Source: Flavobacteriaceae bacterium (lineage in GTDB: Bacteria; Bacteroidota; Bacteroidia; Flavobacteriales; Flavobacteriaceae). From it: a DNA stretch of 64,000 nt. The notes under the pieces are model-generated. The model saw only the letters and a program-made list of their open reading frames with translations, ran no database searches and was not told the origin of the DNA. The stretch spans positions 10,382 to 74,381 of the forward strand of contig JBMYYK010000002.1 in NCBI GenBank assembly GCA_049609325.1, given 5' to 3'. Every line of letters starts with the position of its first letter. The first letter of the stretch is position 1. Below, in pieces: positions 30,320 to 39,027 of the stretch. The translations under genes and the position numbers were made by a program.

Positions 30320-30923
30320 AAATATAATTTTTGATTTCGGTGATATTTTCATCAATCTTGATAAAACTGGCGCTATGTCAGCAGCTTTAGAGTTGTTTAA
30401 CGTTCCTGAGTTAACCCCAGAAATGCTACACATCAATATGCGTTATGAAAAAGGGTTACTATCAACTACTGAATTTATACAATTTTATACCACTACTTTT
30501 CCTAACACCACAAAAGAACAAGTGGTACAAGCCTGGAATCATATTTTATTAGACTTTCCATTACATCGATTAGAGTTTTTGAAGAAGGTAAGCACTCAAT
30601 ACCGTTGCTTTCTTTTAAGCAATACCAATGAGATGCATATAGATTGGATAAAAAACGATTGGGGTCCGGAATTATACAACGAATTTAAAGCGTGCTTTGA
30701 CACATTTTATTTATCACATGAAATGCATATGCGTAAACCAGATGCAGAAATTTACAAGTATGTACTAGACACACATCAATTAATTCCTCAAGAAACCTTA
30801 TTTATTGACGACACTAAAGAAAATACAGATACTACAGAAAGACTACACATACATTCATGGAATTTAACTCCAGGCAAAGAAGATGTTACAGAGTTATTCA
30901 CTATTAAAAGCGAGTTGTTTTAA
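30312..30923 (+). CDS. HAD-superfamily hydrolase, YihX-like (subfamily IA)
   Basis: 203 aa. IIFDFGDIF motif I, LLSNTN motif II, MRKPDAEIY, FIDDTKEN motif IV. It overlaps the ribD stop by 8 nt. Confidence 0.85.
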   Translation: MIKNIIFDFGDIFINLDKTGAMSAALELFNVPELTPEMLHINMRYEKGLLSTTEFIQFYTTTFPNTTKEQVVQAWNHILLDFPLHRLEFLKKVSTQYRCFLLSNTNEMHIDWIKNDWGPELYNEFKACFDTFYLSHEMHMRKPDAEIYKYVLDTHQLIPQETLFIDDTKENTDTTERLHIHSWNLTPGKEDVTELFTIKSELF

Positions 30924-31768
30924 TGGGATATCTTATACTTAGCGTACTCTTTTCAAGTGCTATTTTTATAGTATTTAAACTTTTTGAAAAATACAATATC
31001 AATACCCTACAAGCTATTATCGTTAATTATGCCACGGCGTTTTGTATTGGTATTTTTACATATGAACATAAAATAGACTTCATCAATATCCCTAACAAAC
31101 CTTGGTATATAGGGGCTGTAATTTTAAGTTGCTTATTCATTTCGGTATTCAACCTTATGGCATTAACATCACAGAAAAACGGAGTTTCTGTAGCTTCTGT
31201 AGCTGGAAAAATGTCAATCGTTATTCCTGTTATTTTTGGCATTTATCTGTATAATGAACAGCTCACCATGCAAAAAGGTATTGGTATTATTCTTGCCCTC
31301 TGTGCAGTGTTTTTAACAACAAGTAAAAATGCATCTACAGTAAAAAAAGGAAATTATATATTCCCCATTCTTTTATTTTTAGGCTCTGGTATTATAGACA
31401 CCTTAATAAAGTATATACAAACCAATTATGTTTCTAACACCGAACTACCTTTATTCTCGGCAATCCTTTTTATACAAGCTGGTGTATTAGGAACAGTGAT
31501 CTATTTTTTTAAACCGTCTAAACTATACGGAAAAAATATTATTGCTGGATTATGTTTAGGGATAATAAATTATTATTCAATTATCTATTTATTAAAAGCG
31601 TTGAACAATAAAAACCTTGGTAGCGCCGAAGTGTTTACCATAAATAATGTAGCTATAGTTATGTTAACAACACTTGCAGGACTATTCATTTTTAAAGAGA
31701 AACTTATTTTTAAAAATTGGATTGGCATTAGCATTGCTATAATTTCAATTCTTTTAATTACTTTGTAA
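30923..31768 (+). CDS. EamA-like / DMT-superfamily transporter
   Basis: 281 aa with about 10 TM segments. Its ATG overlaps the preceding TAA by 1 nt. Confidence 0.78.
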   Translation: MGYLILSVLFSSAIFIVFKLFEKYNINTLQAIIVNYATAFCIGIFTYEHKIDFINIPNKPWYIGAVILSCLFISVFNLMALTSQKNGVSVASVAGKMSIVIPVIFGIYLYNEQLTMQKGIGIILALCAVFLTTSKNASTVKKGNYIFPILLFLGSGIIDTLIKYIQTNYVSNTELPLFSAILFIQAGVLGTVIYFFKPSKLYGKNIIAGLCLGIINYYSIIYLLKALNNKNLGSAEVFTINNVAIVMLTTLAGLFIFKEKLIFKNWIGISIAIISILLITL

Positions 31769-31776
31769 TTTATATT

Positions 31777-32394
31777 TTGACACCAATTAAAGACACATAT
31801 AAAACTATAGACGATACGTTTAAAGGAGAGTTATTTAAAGATAGAGGCAGTAAATTTTACGGCTATGCTTTTCCTATTTCTTCAGAAGATGACGTAAAGC
31901 CAATTGTTGAACAATTAAAAAAAGAGCATCATACAGCAAGGCATTGGTGTTATGCTTGGCAGTTAGGCACTACAAAAACACGATATAGAGCTAATGACGA
32001 TGGTGAACCAAGCAACTCTGCGGGGCCACCAATTTATGGTCAAATACAAGCATATGACCTTACAAACATTTTAGTAGTAGTTGTCAGGTATTTTGGTGGT
32101 ACAAAATTAGGGGTTGGCGGTTTAATGAATGCGAATAAAACTGCAGCCAAATCTGTACTTGATTCCGCTAATATCATAGAAAAAACTATTGACAAAGTGT
32201 ACCAAATCACTTTTGAGTATAAAGATATGAATAAAGTGATGCGTGTTATAAAAGAGCATCAACTTAACATTAGCGCACAAACTTTAGAACTAAACTGCCA
32301 ATATACAATACCGGTAAGAATTAGTGATGCAGAAAAAATTTATGCTGTGTTTGAAAATATTTACGGTGTAGACATTAAAGAACTAGAATCCTAA
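31777..32394 (+). CDS. yigZ: YigZ / IMPACT-family (UPF0029) protein
   Basis: 205 aa. KGSKFYGYAFP, HHTARHWCYAW, DDGEPSNSAGPPI, VVVRYFGGTKLGVGGL. TTG start. Confidence 0.88.
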   Translation: MTPIKDTYKTIDDTFKGELFKDRGSKFYGYAFPISSEDDVKPIVEQLKKEHHTARHWCYAWQLGTTKTRYRANDDGEPSNSAGPPIYGQIQAYDLTNILVVVVRYFGGTKLGVGGLMNANKTAAKSVLDSANIIEKTIDKVYQITFEYKDMNKVMRVIKEHQLNISAQTLELNCQYTIPVRISDAEKIYAVFENIYGVDIKELES

Positions 32395-32781
32395 TTTCTG
32401 TAATAAATGCTCCGGACATTGAATTGGTCTTTTGGTTGCCATGCTCACAAAAACCAATGTAATTTCTGACGTTGTTAATAAGTCATCATTAACATTATAA
32501 ATCTCCTGATCAATACATATTTTTAAACCCGGTTTTTCACGCAATTTAGTCTTCACAAATAGCACTTCATCATATACCGCAGGTTTTTTAAAATTGATAT
32601 TTAAATTGACCACAGGCAACATCACGCCCTCTTCCTCCATTTTTTTATAAGATATCCCTATAGAGCGCAACCACTCTACTCTAGCCACCTCTAAATACTG
32701 AGCATAATTTCCGTGGTACACCACGCCCATTTGATCTGTTTCACCGTATCTAACACGTATTTCTGTTGTATGAATTTTCAT
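32383..32781 (-). CDS. Acyl-CoA thioesterase, YbgC/4HBT hotdog family
   Basis: 132 aa. IRVRYGETDQMGVVYHGNY is the catalytic Asp motif. Confidence 0.88.
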   Translation of the reverse strand: MKIHTTEIRVRYGETDQMGVVYHGNYAQYLEVARVEWLRSIGISYKKMEEEGVMLPVVNLNINFKKPAVYDEVLFVKTKLREKPGLKICIDQEIYNVNDDLLTTSEITLVFVSMATKRPIQCPEHLLQKLGF

Positions 32782-32967
32782 ATACCCGCTACAAGCTATG
32801 CTTGCATAATATTATTTATGTTTAGTATGAGAAAAAAAAACTAAATATTCAATAGTAAAAGTGTTTTTTTTTTCACTTTTTTGTTCACATATTTGTCATC
32901 CCCAAGAACAACTAATGAGAAGTAATTCTCAATTGAATTAAAACACAAACATAACCAATTCTATTAA

Positions 32968-34395
32968 ATGAATAATACAGCATTATCAGTTTGGGAAAAC
33001 TGTTTGTCTTTTATTGAAGACAACATACAACCTCAAGCATACAAAACGTGGTTTGAACCAATTAAACCAATAAAACTCACTGATAATGTGTTAAGTATTC
33101 AAGTACCTAGTAAATTCTTTTACGAATGGCTTGAAGAACATTATGTGAAGTTATTAAAAGTGGCACTGACAAAAGAATTAGGGGAGTCAGCAAAATTGGT
33201 GTACAACATCAAAATGGAAAACACTTATGGCAACAAGCAACCGTTTACAGAAAAAATACCTAGTACAAATAGAGCTTCTGTAAAACCTCAAAATGTTGAT
33301 GTTCCGTTAAAAAACAAAAGTCCAGAATTAAAAAATCCGTTTATAATTCCTGGAATTAGAAATGTAAAAATAGAATCGCAGTTAAATCCGAGTTATAATT
33401 TCGAAAATTTCTTAGAGGGTGATTCAAACCGTTTGGCTAGATCAGCAGGTTTAGCTGTAGCAAATAAACCTGGAGGTACCGCCTTTAACCCATTGTTAAT
33501 TTTTGGTGGAGTAGGTTTAGGTAAAACCCACTTAGCCCACGCTATTGGGGTTGATGTTAAAGACAAATATCCAGAAAAAACAGTATTATATATTGCTGCA
33601 GAAAAATTCATACAACAGTATACTGATGCTGTAAGAAAAAACAACAGAAACGATTTCATACACTTCTATCAAATAATTGATGTGTTAATTATTGATGATG
33701 TGCAGTTTTTATCTGGTAAGGCAGGTACGCAAGATGTGTTTTTCCACATTTTCAACCATCTGCACCAAAATGGCAAGCAGATTATTTTAACATCTGACAA
33801 GGCTCCTGTAGACATGCAAGACATTGAGCAACGCTTATTATCTCGTTTTAAGTGGGGATTATCAGCCGAGCTACAACGTCCAGATTTTGAAACTCGAGTT
33901 GCGATATTGCAAAACAAATTATATCGTGACGGTGTTGAAATGCCATATGACATTATTGAATATGTTGCTAAAAACATCAAATCAAATGTTAGAGAATTAG
34001 AAGGTGCAATTGTATCACTTATTGCTCAATCTTCGTTTAACAAAAAAGAAATCACGATTGATTTAGCGCGACAAATCATTGAAAAGTTTGTAAAAAATAC
34101 CAAACGAGAAATTTCAATTGATTACATACAGAAAGTTGTATCAGACTATTTCTCAATGGATGTTGGCACACTACAATCAAAAACAAGAAAACGTCATATT
34201 GTACAAGCAAGACAACTAGCCATGTTTTTTGCCAAAAAATTTACCAAAGCTTCATTAGCTAGTATTGGTAGTCAAATTGGAAAACGTGACCACGCTACAG
34301 TACTTCATGCGTGTAAAACGGTTGACAACTTAGCGCACACCGACAAACAATTTAAGAAATATGTAGATGATTTACAGAAAAAACTAACGCTGTAA
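32968..34395 (+). CDS. dnaA: Chromosomal replication initiator protein DnaA
   Basis: 475 aa. FNPLLIFGGVGLGKTHL, IDDVQFL, and C-terminal box-binding DHATVLHA. Confidence 0.97.
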   Translation: MNNTALSVWENCLSFIEDNIQPQAYKTWFEPIKPIKLTDNVLSIQVPSKFFYEWLEEHYVKLLKVALTKELGESAKLVYNIKMENTYGNKQPFTEKIPSTNRASVKPQNVDVPLKNKSPELKNPFIIPGIRNVKIESQLNPSYNFENFLEGDSNRLARSAGLAVANKPGGTAFNPLLIFGGVGLGKTHLAHAIGVDVKDKYPEKTVLYIAAEKFIQQYTDAVRKNNRNDFIHFYQIIDVLIIDDVQFLSGKAGTQDVFFHIFNHLHQNGKQIILTSDKAPVDMQDIEQRLLSRFKWGLSAELQRPDFETRVAILQNKLYRDGVEMPYDIIEYVAKNIKSNVRELEGAIVSLIAQSSFNKKEITIDLARQIIEKFVKNTKREISIDYIQKVVSDYFSMDVGTLQSKTRKRHIVQARQLAMFFAKKFTKASLASIGSQIGKRDHATVLHACKTVDNLAHTDKQFKKYVDDLQKKLTL

Positions 34396-34413
34396 AACCT
34401 ACCAAACAATATT

Positions 34414-34449
34414 AAAAAAATCACTAACATTAACGTTAGTGATTTTTTT
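34414..34449 (+). terminator. Rho-independent terminator of dnaA
   Basis: aaaaaaaTCACTAACattaacGTTAGTGAttttttt. Confidence 0.85.
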
Positions 34450-34477
34450 ATACTTAAATTGTACTAACATTTATTAT

Positions 34478-34933
34478 ATGATACACACAAGAATACTTAT
34501 GGTTTGCTTAGGTAACATCTGCCGATCACCGTTAGCAGAAGGTATCCTAAAATCGATGGTTAACACCGATTATGTTTTTGTTGACTCAGCAGGAACCTCA
34601 GCATTTCATAAAGGAGAACTCCCTGACCCAAGATCTATTAGCGTAGCCAAAAAACACAATATAGATATTACAGACCAACGAAGTAGACAGTTTGTAACTA
34701 CTGATTTTGACATTTTTGATTACATCTATGTTATGGATCAATCCAACCTTTCCAACGTTTTGAGACTTGCTAAAAACAACATCGATCGTTCAAAAGTTAA
34801 ACTCATACTTCATGAAAGCACTCCAGAAAAGGATACTAATGTACCAGACCCTTATTACGATGCTAACGAAGGATTCGATTTGGTTTACAATATGCTACAT
34901 AAAGCTTGCAAACAAATTGCTGATAACTTATAA
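34478..34933 (+). CDS. Low-molecular-weight protein-tyrosine phosphatase
   Basis: ILMVCLGNICRSPLAEG P-loop and DPYY. I moved the start to ATG 34478 because the longer track ORF starts inside the dnaA terminator hairpin. Confidence 0.9.
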   Translation: MIHTRILMVCLGNICRSPLAEGILKSMVNTDYVFVDSAGTSAFHKGELPDPRSISVAKKHNIDITDQRSRQFVTTDFDIFDYIYVMDQSNLSNVLRLAKNNIDRSKVKLILHESTPEKDTNVPDPYYDANEGFDLVYNMLHKACKQIADNL

Positions 34934-34941
34934 CATTTAAC

Positions 34942-35652
34942 ATGAAATTAAACGGAAAATTATATCTAATACCCACAACTTTAGGTGACACAGAACCTCT
35001 AGAAGTATTACCAATATCGGTAAAAAAAGTGTTAGAAATGACTGACGAATTTATTGTAGAAAATGAAAAAACCGCTAGGCGTTTCATCAAACGAGTTTGT
35101 CCAAAAAAATCACAACCCAACTTAATTCTACATCCTTTAAATAAATTTACAGATCCGGCGGATATTCCTTCATTCTTAGATTCATGCCTTGAAGGTAAAA
35201 TAGTAGGACTACTTTCTGAAGCAGGATGCCCAGCCATTGCAGACCCTGGCGCTGATGTTGTAAAAATTGCACACGACAAAAATATACAAGTTAGACCTCT
35301 AGTTGGCCCTTCTTCAATATTATTAGCTATGATGGGATCTGGATTTAACGGACAAAACTTTGCGTTTAATGGCTATTTACCTATTGATAAAAGTGAACGC
35401 AAAGCCACTATAAAACGTCTAGAAAAACTATCAGGAGACTATAATCAATCACAGGTATTCATTGAAACTCCATATAGAAACAATAAAATGCTAGATGACC
35501 TTGCAAATACACTGCACCAAAACACCAAAATATGTGTGGCTTGTGACATCACTTTACCAAGTGAAATAATTGTTACAAAAACCGCACAATACTGGAAAAA
35601 CAACAGTATAGATTTACATAAAAAACCTACAATTTTTGTGATTCAGAAATAA
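34942..35652 (+). CDS. SAM-dependent methyltransferase, tetrapyrrole-methylase fold (RsmI-like)
   Basis: 236 aa. LYLIPTTLGD N-terminus, LSEAGCPAIADPG and GPSS motifs. Confidence 0.8.
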   Translation: MKLNGKLYLIPTTLGDTEPLEVLPISVKKVLEMTDEFIVENEKTARRFIKRVCPKKSQPNLILHPLNKFTDPADIPSFLDSCLEGKIVGLLSEAGCPAIADPGADVVKIAHDKNIQVRPLVGPSSILLAMMGSGFNGQNFAFNGYLPIDKSERKATIKRLEKLSGDYNQSQVFIETPYRNNKMLDDLANTLHQNTKICVACDITLPSEIIVTKTAQYWKNNSIDLHKKPTIFVIQK

Positions 35653-35691
35653 AAAAAGGAAAGTAACTAAATTCAAGTTACTTTCCTTTTT
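35651..35691. terminator. Bidirectional terminator between the methyltransferase and the lysozyme-like gene
   Basis: aaaaaaaGGAAAGTAAC-9 nt-GTTACTTTCCtttt. Confidence 0.85.
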
Positions 35692-35719
35692 GCTTAAATT
35701 GCAACATCAAATTAAACCA

Positions 35720-36379
35720 TTAGCCTAATTTAACTTTTGCTTTCTTGTTTTCTTCAATCGAAGATGTATCATACCCCGCAAACTTTTTCATGTAATAACG
35801 CACAGTACTCCCGTACGCATCAGAAAATGTATTACTACCATAGCTTCTCAAGAATTTTTTCACATTTCCTGGCCCACCTAAATGTGCCGCAGCTAAAATA
35901 CCAGATTCAGTGACTTTAACCCCTGCAATTGTTTTCCCAACAAACCTTTTGATATCTCTTCGTAACACCCATTTGTTTCTAGACAAGTTAGCTTCAAAAG
36001 CTTTTTCTTGAATAGACGGGTTACTCATAAAGTCCCAAGTATTATACACACCAATTAATTGAAGGGTACCCTTACCAAACTGGTACTTACCCATATAGCC
36101 TAAACTATTTACAACATGGTATTTTCCTTGAGATTCTTTAAAACCTACAGCTTCTTTAAAGCCGATAAACGATTTTCCTAAAAATAGAGAAAATGGCTCA
36201 GCAACCTCTTCTTCTATTTCACTTTCATTTAAAACTGTGTGATACAACAATTCTAAACTTTCCTTCTTTTCTGAGTTTACTTTGCTTTTAGCAACCAACT
36301 CTTTCTTTGACGTAAATCCCGAAGCAATCATAAAAACCGCAGCCGAGATAAATAAAATTTTAAAAAAATTCTTTATCAT
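35720..36379 (-). CDS. Membrane-anchored lysozyme-like / lytic-transglycosylase-like protein
   Basis: 219 aa with an N-terminal TM segment. KESQGKYHVVNSLGYMGKYQFGKGTL resembles the catalytic Glu-Ser ... GxYQF block of SLT/goose-lysozyme-type domains. The assignment is tentative. Confidence 0.6.
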   Translation of the reverse strand: MIKNFFKILFISAAVFMIASGFTSKKELVAKSKVNSEKKESLELLYHTVLNESEIEEEVAEPFSLFLGKSFIGFKEAVGFKESQGKYHVVNSLGYMGKYQFGKGTLQLIGVYNTWDFMSNPSIQEKAFEANLSRNKWVLRRDIKRFVGKTIAGVKVTESGILAAAHLGGPGNVKKFLRSYGSNTFSDAYGSTVRYYMKKFAGYDTSSIEENKKAKVKLG

Positions 36380-36452
36380 ATAATTGATTTCTTAAGACTT
36401 ACTTTCTTCGTTTTTTAGGCGAAATAAATGAAATGCTTAAAATTTCAGTCGG

Positions 36453-36460
36453 CAAAGATA
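36453..36460 (-). promoter_or_regulatory. Candidate -7 box (TATCTTTG on the minus strand) for the lysozyme-like gene
   Basis: The plus strand reads CAAAGATA. An identical copy lies 26 nt further upstream at 36479-36486. The implied 5' UTR is rather long (about 70 nt). Confidence 0.35.
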
Positions 36461-36522
36461 TTATTTAATTTGGAACTACAAAGATAAAATTAATTTTTAT
36501 TAAAACTAAGATAATCAACAAC

Positions 36523-37548
36523 TTAGTGAATTTTTGACACCCACCTTCTGTAAGCTTCTGCGTTTCTATTATGCTGCGAAAGGGTTTTAGCAAACTGATG
36601 GTATCCAATTTTTTTAATGTTAGCTACGAAGTAATAATACTCATGTTTTTCATAGTTTAACACCGCATCTATTGCAGAAATATCTGGCATGGTTATTGGC
36701 CCAGGAGGCAAACCAACATGTATATAGGTATTGTAGTCAGATTCGAATTTTAAATGTTCATACAACACTCGTTTTAATTGTTTTCCGGTGGCTAATTTTA
36801 CAGCATATACCACTGTAGGGTCAGCTTGTAATAGCATTTTTTTCTTAATTCTATTCATATACACTCCAGCTACCCTAGGGCGCTCATCTATCTTAACAGT
36901 TTCTTTCTGAACAATTGCCGCTAACGATAGCACTTCATCTTTACTTAACCCTATTTGTTTTGCCTTAGCTACACGTTCTTCTGACCAAAATCGTTGGTAT
37001 TCCTTATGCATTCTATCTCTAAATTGTTCAGCAGAAGTATTCCAAAACAACTCATAACTGTTAGCTATATACATCCCTAACGCTGTAGCAGAATTAAATC
37101 CGTTTTCTTTTAAAAAGTTAGCATCTGTAAAAGCGTTAACTAAGACTATACTATCCGCCTCTATTTGCGTTGACACTCTACCCGCTAAAGACTGTAGTGT
37201 TTCTTGGTTATTAAACGATACTTTAACAGGCATGTTATTCACCCGTAAAGAATTTACAATATCATTATTATTCATCCCTTTTTTAAGTTCGTACTTACCA
37301 GGTTTGATGTTAGCATTATATTTCTTTTTCTGCGCAACGGTTTTAAATGTTTCTATATCTTTTAAAAGCGGTTCTAAATCTGACACCACATCATCAAACG
37401 TTGCTGTTGAATTTATAAACACTATAGCCTTATCATTATTAAATGCTGTGTTTGGGGTGAAAATTGCATTATACACATAATATGAAAATCCTGCGCAAAC
37501 AACCAAGCCCAATAAGGCTATACCTATTAATATCTTTTTAATGTACAT
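36523..37548 (-). CDS. mltG: Endolytic murein transglycosylase MltG (YceG)
   Basis: 341 aa. N-terminal TM segment, ASIVQKE-like AAIVQKET, LQADPTVVY and Y..YNTY motifs. Confidence 0.9.
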   Translation of the reverse strand: MYIKKILIGIALLGLVVCAGFSYYVYNAIFTPNTAFNNDKAIVFINSTATFDDVVSDLEPLLKDIETFKTVAQKKKYNANIKPGKYELKKGMNNNDIVNSLRVNNMPVKVSFNNQETLQSLAGRVSTQIEADSIVLVNAFTDANFLKENGFNSATALGMYIANSYELFWNTSAEQFRDRMHKEYQRFWSEERVAKAKQIGLSKDEVLSLAAIVQKETVKIDERPRVAGVYMNRIKKKMLLQADPTVVYAVKLATGKQLKRVLYEHLKFESDYNTYIHVGLPPGPITMPDISAIDAVLNYEKHEYYYFVANIKKIGYHQFAKTLSQHNRNAEAYRRWVSKIH

Positions 37549-38065
37549 CTTGTATTAATTGAAATAAATATTCGTCTTTATATTGATTCCCTTCCAGAAC
37601 CCAATCTTTTTTTACTCCAGTTTTTATAAACCCTAAACCTTCAAACAACTTTATACTCACCAAATTATCCGCTAAAACATTTGCGTATATCTGATGTACA
37701 TAGAGGTTAGTAAACACATAATTGATTAACAACTCTAAAGCTTCTCGGCCGTATTTTTTACCTCTAGCGTAATCTAAAACTAAAACCCCTACTCCCACTT
37801 TATCATTTTTAGGATCGAAGTCAAATAAATCTACAAAACCAACCGCCTCATCATCATTCGTTACAATTACCAATCGTAATTGTTTGACCTCATAAATATC
37901 TTTATGACAATTTTCTAAGTATTGTTTGATTAAAAATCGTGAATATGGTGTTTGAGTTTGACTCACTTCCCATACTGACTCATCATTTTCAATAGCATAA
38001 ATCAGCTCTAAATCTTCCGGCTCTAAAGCTCTTAGATAAATACGCTCTCCTTTTAAAGTTACCAT
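37538..38065 (-). CDS. GNAT N-acetyltransferase, RimJ/RimL-like
   Basis: 175 aa. LRALEPEDLELIY and ARGKKYGREALELL. It overlaps both neighbours (7 and 11 nt). Confidence 0.85.
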   Translation of the reverse strand: MVTLKGERIYLRALEPEDLELIYAIENDESVWEVSQTQTPYSRFLIKQYLENCHKDIYEVKQLRLVIVTNDDEAVGFVDLFDFDPKNDKVGVGVLVLDYARGKKYGREALELLINYVFTNLYVHQIYANVLADNLVSIKLFEGLGFIKTGVKKDWVLEGNQYKDEYLFQLIQDVH

Positions 38066-38832
38066 TTCATCTCTCCTTTAAATACTTGTTTAGCTTTTCC
38101 TGTTAAAAATACGTCTGAATAATGGCCATTATCCACTTTAAACGACACGCTCAACTCGCCACCTTGAACTAGTAATTTTAAATTAGTATCTTGAGTTTCT
38201 TTTAAATAATTCATAGCTATTGCCACAGCAGTGGCACCAGTACCACAAGCTAAGGTTTCATCTTCAACACCTCGTTCATAGGTACGCATTTTAAAAGTCA
38301 ACTCGTTAACTTTTTTTACAAAGTTGACATTACAGCCAGCCTCACCATAAAGATCTGTTCTTATTTTTCTACCTATAGTTTTAATATCAAAATCAGAAAG
38401 ATTGTCTTCAAATTGCACATGATGTGGCGACCCTGTATCTAAAAACACATAACCTTCGCCTTGCTCAATGGTATTTACATCCTTCATTTGTAAACTAACC
38501 CTATCCTTTTCAATAGTTGCGTAATGCAATCCGTCTACCGCATCAAAGGTTGTGGAATCATTTATTATCCCTAAAAAGTTAGCAAAAGCAACCACACATC
38601 GTCCGCCATTACCACACATAGACCCTTCATGACCATCAGCGTTAAAATACAGCATTTTAAAATCGACTGTATGGCTATGTTCTAATAAAATCAGTCCATC
38701 AGCTCCAATACCGAAGCGTCTATCACACAAGTGACGAATCAATTCAGCATCAGATTTCAAGATAACTTCTTCTCGGTTATCTATCATGACAAAATCATTT
38801 CCTGTGCCTTGGTATTTATAAAATAGTCCCAT
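38059..38832 (-). CDS. dapF: Diaminopimelate epimerase
   Basis: 257 aa. YQGTGNDFVMID, the two catalytic Cys motifs GSMCGNGGRC and ETLACGTGATA. Confidence 0.94.
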   Translation of the reverse strand: MGLFYKYQGTGNDFVMIDNREEVILKSDAELIRHLCDRRFGIGADGLILLEHSHTVDFKMLYFNADGHEGSMCGNGGRCVVAFANFLGIINDSTTFDAVDGLHYATIEKDRVSLQMKDVNTIEQGEGYVFLDTGSPHHVQFEDNLSDFDIKTIGRKIRTDLYGEAGCNVNFVKKVNELTFKMRTYERGVEDETLACGTGATAVAIAMNYLKETQDTNLKLLVQGGELSVSFKVDNGHYSDVFLTGKAKQVFKGEMKW

Positions 38833-38920
38833 TCAAAAATTGTATAACAACAAATGTACACATAAACATCCCAAAGGAAGAAGAAATAAATCCTTAAAAT
38901 TTTACGTTATAAAGCTGGAG

Positions 38921-38978
38921 TGTTAATATTATTTTAAAGTGGCGTTAATGGCACGTTAAAGTCATTTAATAGTTTTAA
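38921..38978. promoter_or_regulatory. Helically phased (G/T)TTAA array in the dapF/htrA divergent intergenic region
   Basis: TTAA cores start at 38923, 38934, 38945, 38956, 38966 and 38975 (spacing 11, 11, 11, 10, 9). The array contains GTTAAAGTCAT and TGTTAATAT, both also present upstream of the OMP gene at 59365-59383. Confidence 0.4.
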
Positions 38979-39027
38979 AAAACTTGTAAATTTACCAATA
39001 AGAACAACCTAAATCAACATCGTATTT

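Noticed and set aside
32782-32967. oriC next to dnaA
   Set aside because: Only one 7/9 DnaA-box-like word is visible, dnaN is 19 kb away, and gene orientation in the window shows no clean strand switch. I kept it only as a low-interest finding pending GC-skew analysis.
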